Shown here: positions 55,347 to 64,000 of the stretch, piece after piece | Layout of the letters: each line of letters starts with the position of its first letter | How positions within the stretch are numbered: the stretch's first letter is position 1 | Assembly: GCA_965261975.1 (NCBI GenBank) | Contig: CBDHEC010000057.1 | Location: 153,101 to 217,100 of the forward strand | DNA length: 64,000 nucleotides | Source: Alphaproteobacteria bacterium | Lineage (GTDB): Bacteria; Pseudomonadota; Alphaproteobacteria; UBA6615 | Reading direction: 5' to 3' | Made by a program: the position numbers and the translations under genes | Notes under the pieces: model-generated | Database searches by the model: none | What the model was told of the DNA's origin: nothing | What the model saw: the letters and a program-made list of their open reading frames with translations, nothing else

Positions 55347-57037
55347 GCAACCGAATCGCCCTCGAGAGCACCAAGAAACAGGCGATTGAAACCGCCCGGA
55401 CACGTCTCCTGGTGGGCGGATCGCTGATGGCGGCGGCCTTCTTTGTCGTCGGCGTGCGCATGTTCGATCTCGCGGTGTTCAATGAAACCGAGGATCTGCG
55501 CCGCGCCGCGTCGCGCGAAATCGCCCGCCCGACCACCATGGCGCGTGCCGACATCGTGGACCGTAACGGCGTCCTGCTGGCCACCAGCCTGAAGACGGCG
55601 TCCCTGTTTGCCGACCCGCGCAAGGTCCCGAACCCGGCAGGCGCGGCGCACCGGTTGGTCGAAATTCTTCCCGATTTGAGCGAGGAGGTCGTCGCCGCCC
55701 GGCTTGGTTCGGGCAAAAGCTTCGTCTGGCTACGGCGCAACCTAACGCCGCGCCAGCAGTTTGAGGTCAACAGGCTCGGTATTCCCGGCCTCGAATTCGA
55801 GAAAGAGGAACGCCGGGTCTACCCCCATGGCCGCTTGGCCGGTCACATCGTCGGCTTCACCAACGTCGACAATGTCGGGCTGTCGGGCATCGAGAAGAGC
55901 ATGGACGCCGCAATCGCCGGCAAGAATCCGCCGCTGCGGTTGTCCATCGATATTCGCGTTCAGCAGATTCTGCGCCAGGAACTGGCCGGCCAGATCGAGA
56001 AGTTCAAGGCGATCGGCGGCGGCGGGATCGTCCTCGACGTCGATAGCGGCGAGGTCATGGCGATGGTTTCGCTACCTGACTTCGACCCCAATGCCGCCGG
56101 CCAGGCCGCAGACGACACCCGCTTCAACCGCATGACACTGGGTGTCTACGAGCTCGGTTCCGTCTTCAAGATATTCAACCACGCGATCGCGCTCGAAACC
56201 GGCGTTGCATCCTTTGCCAGCAGCTACGACGCAACAAAACCGATCCGCGTGTCCCGTTTCACGATCTCGGACTATCACCCTGAAAAGAGATGGCTGACGG
56301 TGCCGGAGATTTTCCAGCATTCATCGAACATAGGGTCCGCCAAGATCGCGCTGGATATCGGCGCAGAGGATCAGCGCAAGTATCTCGGCCATCTCGGCCT
56401 GCTGCGCCGCACCAGCATTGAGCTGCCTGAGCAGGCAACGCCGATGTATCCGTCACGGTGGCGCGAGATCAACACGATGACGATATCCTTCGGCCACGGA
56501 ATTGCGGTCAGCCCGCTGCACCTGGCGAGTGCGGTTGCGGCCACAGTAAACGGGGGCATTCTCCGACCTGCGACCCTGGTCAGCCACGACGCGAAATCCA
56601 CGGATGGTGTCCAGGTCTTCTCCGCCGAGACCTCCGACCGGATGCGCCGCCTGCTTCGCCTCGTGGTCGAGACCGGCACCGGTCGCAACGCCGACGCCAA
56701 GGGATACCTTGTCGGCGGCAAAACCGGCACTGCCGAGAAACAGGTCAATGGCAGTTACAAGCGCAACGCGCTGATTTCGTCTTTCGTCGGCGTCTATCCG
56801 GTGACCGCACCGCGCTTCGTCGTCTTCGCCATGCTGGATGAACCCAAGGGCATCAAGGAAAGCTACGGCTATGCCACCGGCGGCTGGACGGCCGCACCTG
56901 TCGTGAAAGGTGTGGTCGCCCGCATGGCGCCGTTGTTCGGCATCGCGCCCCTGGACGAGTCCGCGCCGGACATCCGGCACGCCATCAACATCAACGCACA
57001 ACCGGCAATCGGGAATCGTTCCGATGCGGTTAATTGA
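55343..57037 (+). CDS. ftsI: Penicillin-binding protein 3 (FtsI)
   Basis: RADIVDRNG, ELGSVFK, SSN and GKTGT motifs. Confidence 0.95.
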   Translation: MSNRIALESTKKQAIETARTRLLVGGSLMAAAFFVVGVRMFDLAVFNETEDLRRAASREIARPTTMARADIVDRNGVLLATSLKTASLFADPRKVPNPAGAAHRLVEILPDLSEEVVAARLGSGKSFVWLRRNLTPRQQFEVNRLGIPGLEFEKEERRVYPHGRLAGHIVGFTNVDNVGLSGIEKSMDAAIAGKNPPLRLSIDIRVQQILRQELAGQIEKFKAIGGGGIVLDVDSGEVMAMVSLPDFDPNAAGQAADDTRFNRMTLGVYELGSVFKIFNHAIALETGVASFASSYDATKPIRVSRFTISDYHPEKRWLTVPEIFQHSSNIGSAKIALDIGAEDQRKYLGHLGLLRRTSIELPEQATPMYPSRWREINTMTISFGHGIAVSPLHLASAVAATVNGGILRPATLVSHDAKSTDGVQVFSAETSDRMRRLLRLVVETGTGRNADAKGYLVGGKTGTAEKQVNGSYKRNALISSFVGVYPVTAPRFVVFAMLDEPKGIKESYGYATGGWTAAPVVKGVVARMAPLFGIAPLDESAPDIRHAININAQPAIGNRSDAVN

Positions 57038-58523
57038 GCTGGCGGTCGATATGGTGATGGTTGATCCGCGGATGCACGACACCGAGATTTCGGGTCTCAC
57101 GGCGGACAGCCGCGAGGTGCAACCGGGATACCTTTTTGCTGCATTGCCCAGCGCGTCCGTCAATTCGGGTACCGATGGACGGGACTTCATCGAGGATGCC
57201 GTCGCGCGTGGTGCGGTCGCGATCCTCGCGCCCGACGGCACCCAGCTCGACGGCGGGCCCGCTGACACACCGGACGACACCCCCTATCTGATCACCGACG
57301 AAAACCCTCGTTGGCGGCTGTCCCAGTTCGCCGCCCGGTTCTATGAACATCAGCCGCGGCACATCGTCGGCGTCACCGGCACCAACGGCAAATCCTCCGT
57401 TGCCGGCTTTACCCGGCAGATCTGGGCTCTTCTGGGCCATCGGTCGGGCGCAATCGGGACTCTGGGTGTCGATGCCGACGGCTTCGATGCGGGGCCGAGC
57501 CTCACCACGCCCGACCCGGTCAACCTGCACGCCACGCTCGCCAAGATGGCAACGTCCGGGATCGATCATCTCGCGCTGGAAGCCTCTTCGCACGGGCTCG
57601 ATCAATTCCGTCTCGACGGGGTAAATTTCGCCGCCGCCGCCTTTACCAATCTCAGCCGCGATCATCTGGATTATCACGGCACCGAAGAGGCGTATCTCGA
57701 CGCGAAAATGCGCCTGTTCCGCCACCTGCTGCCCGTCGATGGCGCAGCCGTGCTGAACGCGGATTCGCACCATTTCGACACGGTCGCTGAAATCTGCCGC
57801 ACAACCGGCCACCGGGTGCGCAGCTACGGCGTCCAGACCAGCGACATTCACATCGCCGACGTCTCGGCCCTGCCCGACGGGCTGCGCCTTTGTGTAACCG
57901 TGAAGGATCAGAGCCTCGAGACCCGCCTGAATCTGATCGGCGGCTTCCAGGCCTACAACGTGCTTGCCGCACTCGGCCTCGTCGCCGAGACCGGCGGCGA
58001 CCTGACGGAGGCCTTCTCCACCCTCGCCCACCTCACGGGTGTGCGCGGCCGCATGCAGCGGATCGGCGCCCTCGAGAACGGCGCCCAAGTCTATATCGAC
58101 TACGCCCACACACCGGACGCACTGCAAACCGCACTCGACGCGATCCGGCCCCATGTCGGCGGCCAGCTCCACGTGATTTTCGGCGCCGGCGGCGACCGCG
58201 ACCCGGGCAAACGACCGATGATGGGTGAAATTGCCACCCGGCACGCCGACCGCGCGATCGTGACCGACGACAATCCGCGTCGCGAGGACGCAGAGACCAT
58301 CCGCCGGCAGATCCTGACCGGTTGCACAGGTGCTGCCGAAATCGGCGACCGCGCCGCCGCCATCAAGGCCGGTATTTCCGACCTGCAGGCCGGAGACATC
58401 CTTGTGATCGCCGGCAAGGGCCATGAACAGGGCCAGATCATCGGCACCGAGACCTTGCCGTTCGACGACGCCAGCGTCGCGGCCGACGTCCTGACCGAAA
58501 TGGGCGGGGAGGTCGTTACATGA
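57024..58523 (+). CDS. murE: UDP-MurNAc-tripeptide synthetase MurE
   Basis: TGTNGKSS, LTTPD, EASSHGL, DYAHTPD and DNPR (DAP-specific) motifs. Confidence 0.95.
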   Translation: MRLIELAVDMVMVDPRMHDTEISGLTADSREVQPGYLFAALPSASVNSGTDGRDFIEDAVARGAVAILAPDGTQLDGGPADTPDDTPYLITDENPRWRLSQFAARFYEHQPRHIVGVTGTNGKSSVAGFTRQIWALLGHRSGAIGTLGVDADGFDAGPSLTTPDPVNLHATLAKMATSGIDHLALEASSHGLDQFRLDGVNFAAAAFTNLSRDHLDYHGTEEAYLDAKMRLFRHLLPVDGAAVLNADSHHFDTVAEICRTTGHRVRSYGVQTSDIHIADVSALPDGLRLCVTVKDQSLETRLNLIGGFQAYNVLAALGLVAETGGDLTEAFSTLAHLTGVRGRMQRIGALENGAQVYIDYAHTPDALQTALDAIRPHVGGQLHVIFGAGGDRDPGKRPMMGEIATRHADRAIVTDDNPRREDAETIRRQILTGCTGAAEIGDRAAAIKAGISDLQAGDILVIAGKGHEQGQIIGTETLPFDDASVAADVLTEMGGEVVT

Positions 58524-59962
58524 TGTCCGCCGCACCAATCTGGACACGCGATGAGGTCCTGGCCGCCACAAACGGCCAGGCTAACGAGTCTACCGGCGAC
58601 TGGGCCGCAACCGGCGTGTCTATCGACAGTCGCACATGTCGGCCCGGCGACCTGTTTGTCGCAATCAGCGGTGAAAATTTCGACGGCCATGATTTCCTCG
58701 CCGACGCCTTCAAAGCCGGCGCCATCGCGGCAATCACCAGCCGCGACGCCGACACGGGATTGCAGAGCGCTTCGGTCCTGCGCGTCGAAGACGGATTGCA
58801 GGCACTGACCGGCCTTGGTCGCGCCGCACGTGATCGCACGGACGCGTCGGTCGTGGCCATAACCGGTTCGGTTGGCAAAACCGGCACCAAGGAGGCCATG
58901 ACCCTGGCCCTCGGATCGCTCGGCCCGACCCACGCGACAACAGGCAACTTGAACAACCATATCGGCGTGCCGCTGACCCTCGCACGCATGCCGCGCGATG
59001 TGGCGTACGCGGTAATCGAGCTGGGTATGAACCATGCGGGAGAGATTTCCGATCTTTCCAAGCTCACCCGCCCCAATGTCGGTGTGATCACGACAATCGC
59101 CGCCGTCCATCTGGAATTTTTCGATCATGTGGCGGGAATCGCCGACGCCAAGGCCGAACTCTTCGACGGCATGTGCCAGGGCGGCGTCGCCATCCTGAAC
59201 CGCGATAATGTGTATTTCGCGATCCTGGCCGGCCGTGCGTGGGCCCGGGGCCTCGAAACGATCATCGGCTTCGGCGCGCACCCCGAAGCCGATGTACATC
59301 TCTCGACGTGCAAACTCAGCGACACCGGCAGCGACGTAACGGCGCGCCTGGGTGATCGAACCATCCGCTGCCGGCTCAACGTACCTGGCCGGCACTGGGT
59401 GCAGAACTCCCTGGCCGTTCTCGGGACGGTTTCGGCTCTCGGTGGTGACCTCGACCGCGCGGCGGCCGCGCTGGCCGACCTCACCCCTCCCAAGGGTCGT
59501 GGCGCGCGCGTCGATGTGCAGATGCCCGATGGCACACTGACCGTGATCGACGACAGCTACAACGCCAGCCCCGCGTCGATGCGTGCAGCCTTTGCCGTCC
59601 TCGGCAACACCGAACCACAATCGGGCGGACGCCGGATCGCCGTTCTCGGCGACATGCTGGAGCTGGGCACCAAAAGCGCACAACTGCACACCGCGCTGGC
59701 CGACGACCTCGAAGCCAACCAGATCGACCAGGTGTTCTGCGCCGGGCCCGATATGGCCGCGCTCGACAAGGCGCTGCCGACCGCCATGCGCGGCGGCAAG
59801 GCAAAAGATTCAAGCTCACTCGCACCGCAGGTTTGCAATGCCGTTACCGCGGGCGACGTGGTTCTCGTGAAGGGTTCGCTCGGCAGCCGGATGGCCGTGA
59901 TTGTCGATGCGCTCAGCGCACTGGAAACCAGCAACGGGCGGGAGGCCAACCATGCTGTTTAA
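58520..59962 (+). CDS. murF: UDP-MurNAc-pentapeptide synthetase MurF
   Basis: [41 protein letters not shown] and KGS motifs. Confidence 0.95.
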   Translation: MMSAAPIWTRDEVLAATNGQANESTGDWAATGVSIDSRTCRPGDLFVAISGENFDGHDFLADAFKAGAIAAITSRDADTGLQSASVLRVEDGLQALTGLGRAARDRTDASVVAITGSVGKTGTKEAMTLALGSLGPTHATTGNLNNHIGVPLTLARMPRDVAYAVIELGMNHAGEISDLSKLTRPNVGVITTIAAVHLEFFDHVAGIADAKAELFDGMCQGGVAILNRDNVYFAILAGRAWARGLETIIGFGAHPEADVHLSTCKLSDTGSDVTARLGDRTIRCRLNVPGRHWVQNSLAVLGTVSALGGDLDRAAAALADLTPPKGRGARVDVQMPDGTLTVIDDSYNASPASMRAAFAVLGNTEPQSGGRRIAVLGDMLELGTKSAQLHTALADDLEANQIDQVFCAGPDMAALDKALPTAMRGGKAKDSSSLAPQVCNAVTAGDVVLVKGSLGSRMAVIVDALSALETSNGREANHAV

Positions 59963-61037
59963 CCTCCTTGCCCCTCTCGCCGACCAGTTCATTCTGTTCA
60001 ACCTGTTCAACTCCCTGACGTTCCGGGCCGGCGGCGCGGTTGTCACGGCGTTGGTCGTCGCCTTCCTGTTCGGCCCGAAGATCATCGGCTGGCTGCGCCA
60101 GCAACAGCCCGAAGGACAGCCGATCCGCGAAGACGGGCCGCAGTCGCATTTCAAGAAGGCGGGCACCCCGACAATGGGCGGCTTCCTGATCCTGCTGGCC
60201 ATCATCGTCAGCACGCTTCTCTGGTCAGACCTGACCAACGGATATGTCTGGGCGCTGCTGCTGATCACCGTCGGGTTCGGCGCCATCGGTTTCGCCGACG
60301 ACTATCAGAAGCTCACCAAATCCAAATCCAAGGGCATTCCCGCCCGGGTCCGCCTGCTCGCCGAAATCATTGTCGCCGGTGTCGCGACCCTTTGGATCAT
60401 GCACCTGACCCCGTCTCCGCTCGACACCACGCTCGCGCTGCCGTTCGTGAAGAATTTCCTGATCGAGCTGAGCTGGTTCTTCGTGCCTTTCGCGATTTTC
60501 GTGATCGTCGGCGCATCGAACTCCGTAAACCTGACCGACGGCCTCGACGGCCTCGCGATCGTGCCGGTGATGATCGCGGCCACCTGCTTCGGCCTGATCT
60601 CCTACGTCACCGGCAACGTGGTCTTCTCGAACTATCTGCTGATCTTCTCCGTTCCCGGCGCCGGCGAACTCGCCGTCTTCTGCGGCGCGCTGATCGGTGC
60701 GGGACTGGGTTTCCTCTGGTTCAACGCCCCCCCGGCCATGGTCTTCATGGGCGATACGGGCTCCCTGTCCATGGGGGGCGCATTGGGCGGCATCGCGGTC
60801 GTCACCAAGCACGAACTGGTTCTCGCCATCATCGGCGGCCTGTTTGTGCTCGAGACCGTCTCGGTGATCGTCCAGGTGGGATCGTTCAAGCTGACCGGCA
60901 AGCGCGTGTTCCGCATGGCGCCGCTGCACCACCATTTCGAACAGAAGGGCTGGGCCGAACCGACCATCGTGATCCGCTTCTGGATCATCGCAACCGTCCT
61001 GGCCCTGATCGGGCTGGCGACCCTGAAGCTGCGGTGA
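59952..61037 (+). CDS. mraY: Phospho-N-acetylmuramoyl-pentapeptide transferase
   Basis: [28 protein letters not shown] and MAPLHHHFE motifs. Confidence 0.97.
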   Translation: MLFNLLAPLADQFILFNLFNSLTFRAGGAVVTALVVAFLFGPKIIGWLRQQQPEGQPIREDGPQSHFKKAGTPTMGGFLILLAIIVSTLLWSDLTNGYVWALLLITVGFGAIGFADDYQKLTKSKSKGIPARVRLLAEIIVAGVATLWIMHLTPSPLDTTLALPFVKNFLIELSWFFVPFAIFVIVGASNSVNLTDGLDGLAIVPVMIAATCFGLISYVTGNVVFSNYLLIFSVPGAGELAVFCGALIGAGLGFLWFNAPPAMVFMGDTGSLSMGGALGGIAVVTKHELVLAIIGGLFVLETVSVIVQVGSFKLTGKRVFRMAPLHHHFEQKGWAEPTIVIRFWIIATVLALIGLATLKLR

Positions 61038-61041
61038 GGCG

Positions 61042-62485
61042 ATGACGGCGACCCGAAACATGCTCGACCTCAGCGCCTATGACGATCACGCGATCGCCGT
61101 GCTGGGGCTCGGTGTGTCCGGCATGAGCGCGGCCAGCGAATTGCGCCGCGCGGGCGCACGCGTGCTGCCGTGGGACGATAACGAAAACCGTCGCAATGGC
61201 GCCGCCACGCGCGGGCTAACACCGTGCGACCTCGAGACTGCCGAATTCGCCGACATCGACATGCTGGTCCTGAGTCCGGGCATTCCCCAGGGCCACCCCC
61301 ACACGCACCCTGTCGTCGCGCGCGCACGCGACGCGGGCTGCCAAATTCTTTGTGACGTGGAACTGCTGACCCGGGCCGCGCCGGACGCGCGCTACATCGG
61401 GATCACCGGCACAAACGGTAAATCGACCACCACGGCGCTCATCGGCCACATCCTGTCGAAGCTCGAAATTGCGAGCGCCATGGGCGGCAACATCGGCGCA
61501 CCAGCCCTTTCACTCGATGCGCTCGGACGCGACGGCATCTATGTCCTCGAATTATCGTCTTACCAGCTCGATTTGTTGCCGCGCGCCGTCTTCGACGTTG
61601 CGGTATTGCTGAATATCACGCCCGACCATCTGGACCGTCACGGCGGCATGGACGGATACGTCGCCGCCAAGCGCCGGCTCTTCGACGGCCAGAGCCATGC
61701 ACACACTGCGATCGTCGGGATCGACGACGTTCATTCCCGGAACATCTTCGAAGAGGTTGCCGCGCGCGATCTGGCCGCGATGACCCCCATCTCCACCCAC
61801 GGCGCGTGCGCCGGCGGCGTTTACCTGAACGACGGCTGGATCATCGACGATCGCGACGGCATGGCCGAACCGGTCATCGAGATGAGCGCATTGGCCGCGC
61901 TCCCCGGCGACCACAATGCCCAGAATGTCGCGACCGCCTATGCCGCCGTGACCGGTGGCAATCCTGAATGACCGCACCGGTGAGACCCGAGACGCCATCA
62001 CGGCTGCGATCGAGAGTTTCCCGGGCCTGGCTCACCGCCAGGAGCTTCTAGGCACGCTGGGCGGCGTGCGGTTCGTCAACGATTCCAAGGCAACCAATGC
62101 CGAGGCCGCAGCTCATGCGCTGTCGGCCTACGAGAACATCTACTGGATCGCCGGCGGGATCGCCAAGGATGGCGGCATCGATGCTCTCGACCCGCTTTTC
62201 GACCATATCCGCCACGCCTTCCTCATCGGCGAAGCGGCCGACGAGTTCGCGGCCACGCTGGAAGGCCAGGTTCCCGCGAACTTGTCGCGCGATCTCGTCA
62301 CGGCGCTGAGCCAGGCAAACGAGATGGCTCGCGAGGCCGCGGACGGCAACGCCGTGGTTTTGCTTTCGCCGGCCTGCGCTTCCTTCGATCAGTTTCCCAG
62401 CTTCGAGGCGCGCGGTGACGCCTTCCGCGATGCGGTTGCAGCCATTCCAGGGTTTACACCCCACGCAACAGGGGGTGCCGCATGA
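61042..62485 (+). CDS. murD: UDP-MurNAc-L-Ala:D-Glu ligase MurD, split by a frameshift at ~61955
   Basis: GLG.SG, ITGTNGKSTT, ELSSYQL and PDHLDRH in 61042-61971; GLAHR, NDSKATN and LSPACASFDQF in 61955-62485. Confidence 0.9.
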
Positions 62486-63606
62486 CGCCGTTCACACGCG
62501 CCGACACCTCGATTCTCGGGCAATGGTGGTGGACTGTCGACCGCTGGAGCCTCGCGGCGATCGCCGCCCTTATGGCATTTGGCGCGTTGCTCGCAGCCGC
62601 CTCCAGCCCGGCCGTGGCCGAACGGATCGGCCTCGACGAGTTCTATTTCATCAAACGCCATTTCATGCTGCTGCCGATCGCCATTGCCATGATCCTCGCG
62701 GTCTCGGCACTGACACCGACCCAGGTACGCCGCATGGCGGTAATCGCCTTCCTTGGCTGTCTCGCCCTGCTCGCAGTGACCTTGATATTCGGCACCGAAA
62801 TCAAGGGCGCACGCCGCTGGCTTTCGGTCGCCGGCTTCTCGCTGCAGGCGACGGAGTTCGTGAAACCGATGTTCGCCGTCGTCGCGGCATGGTTGTTCAG
62901 CGAAGCGTCGCGCGACCCGCGTTTCCCGGGGCGCCTGATCTGCACCGGCCTGTTCGCCGCCGTCATCGCATTGGTCATCGCGCAGCCAGACCTCGGGCAA
63001 GCGGTGGTGATCACCAGCGTGTGGATGGCGCAGTTCTTCCTGGCGGGCCTGCCCATGTGGCTGGTCGCCGGGCTGGTGGTTCTCGGCGTATCGGGCCTTA
63101 TCGGCTCCTACTTCACGCTGTCCCACGTCGCCAGCCGCATCGACCGCTTCATCGACCCGAAGTCGGGCGACACCTACCAGATCGAGCGCAGCATCGAGGC
63201 CTTCTCGAGCGGCGGCCTGTTCGGCCGCGGCCCCGGCGAAGGCCAGGTCAAACAGGTACTGCCCGACGCCCATGCGGATTTTGTGTTTGCGGTGGCCGGC
63301 GAGGAACTCGGCCTCTTCATTGCCCTGTTTATCGTCACCCTCTTCGCCTTCATCGTGCTGCGCGGCATGACCCGCGCCATGTCGGAACAGAATCTCTTCA
63401 TTCTGCTCGCCGTCGCCGGCCTGCTGGTCCAGTTCGGCATCCAGGCGCTCATCAACATGGGCTCGAGCCTGCAACTCATCCCGACCAAGGGCATGACCCT
63501 GCCCTTCATCAGCTATGGCGGCTCTTCGCTGCTGGGCGTCGCGCTCGGCCTGGGCATGACCCTCGCCCTGACACGGCGGCGACTGGGATCGGAGGCGTCT
63601 AAATGA
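62482..63606 (+). CDS. ftsW: Cell division protein FtsW
   Basis: WWWTVDR, KGARRW, EFVKP, QPDLGQ, LPDAHADF and PTKGMTLPFISYGGSS motifs. Confidence 0.95.
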   Translation: MTPFTRADTSILGQWWWTVDRWSLAAIAALMAFGALLAAASSPAVAERIGLDEFYFIKRHFMLLPIAIAMILAVSALTPTQVRRMAVIAFLGCLALLAVTLIFGTEIKGARRWLSVAGFSLQATEFVKPMFAVVAAWLFSEASRDPRFPGRLICTGLFAAVIALVIAQPDLGQAVVITSVWMAQFFLAGLPMWLVAGLVVLGVSGLIGSYFTLSHVASRIDRFIDPKSGDTYQIERSIEAFSSGGLFGRGPGEGQVKQVLPDAHADFVFAVAGEELGLFIALFIVTLFAFIVLRGMTRAMSEQNLFILLAVAGLLVQFGIQALINMGSSLQLIPTKGMTLPFISYGGSSLLGVALGLGMTLALTRRRLGSEASK

Positions 63607-64000
63607 GCACACGCCAGCATCCCATTCTGATCGCCGCCGGCGGCACCGGCGGCCACATGTTCCCGGCGGTCTCGCTCGCCAGCGCGCTTGCCGCACGCGG
63701 GCATTCAATTCTTTTCGTTACTGACCCGCGCGGCGGCCTTGTGACATCCGATGTTCTCGGGCTGCCCAAAACCGTGATGCGTCACACAATTTCGGCCCGC
63801 AGCCTGGGCGGCGGCCCGAAGGGCATGGCGGCCGGCGTCAAGGCGCTCGTGAAGGGGTTCTTCGAATCCCGACGCCTCATCCGTGAGTACAAGCCCTCGA
63901 TCGCCGTCGGGTTCGGCGGCTATCCCAGCGTGCCACCTATTCTCGCCGCCGGCCTGGCCGGGCTGCCAACCGTGATCCACGAACAGAACGCCGTGCTTGG
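63603..64000 (+). CDS. murG: Lipid II GlcNAc transferase MurG (5' part, runs off the window)
   Basis: Manual translation: MSTRQHPILIAAGGTGGHMFPA...VGFGGYPSVP...IHEQNAVL. Confidence 0.93.
   Translation, partial: MSTRQHPILIAAGGTGGHMFPAVSLASALAARGHSILFVTDPRGGLVTSDVLGLPKTVMRHTISARSLGGGPKGMAAGVKALVKGFFESRRLIREYKPSIAVGFGGYPSVPPILAAGLAGLPTVIHEQNAVL

Overview
GC-rich alphaproteobacterial chromosome segment, probably Rhodospirillales-like. The assignment rests on the two-piece permuted tmRNA next to sspB, the alpha-type dcw and mre clusters, and rnpB upstream of mraZ. Positions ~12-64 kb are mostly core housekeeping genes: tRNA-Lys, rodA-mrdA-mreDCB, leuA, ilvCNB, miaA, degP-hflC-hflK, mrp, folA-thyA, ssrA-sspB, fumC, an AsmA protein, ggt, 5-oxoprolinase, djlA, uup, an amidase, rnpB and mraZ to murG. 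Positions 1-12 kb are an accessory block dominated by a tandem array of at least four CocE/NonD-family serine hydrolase paralogs. These have a variable cap region and lack the usual catalytic Asp motif. The array is followed by small enzymes, an SDR gene whose centre is replaced by a foreign 39-bp-repeat segment flanked by a 9-bp direct repeat, and a BenE transporter. Other non-obvious elements are a Leu-rich leader peptide plus terminator upstream of leuA and four 10-bp-phased CCCA boxes at the mraZ promoter. Several reading frames are broken (DUF1015, YHS, TfoX, murD). The break in essential murD suggests at least some of these are assembly or consensus errors. I found no CRISPR array, integrase or transposase.
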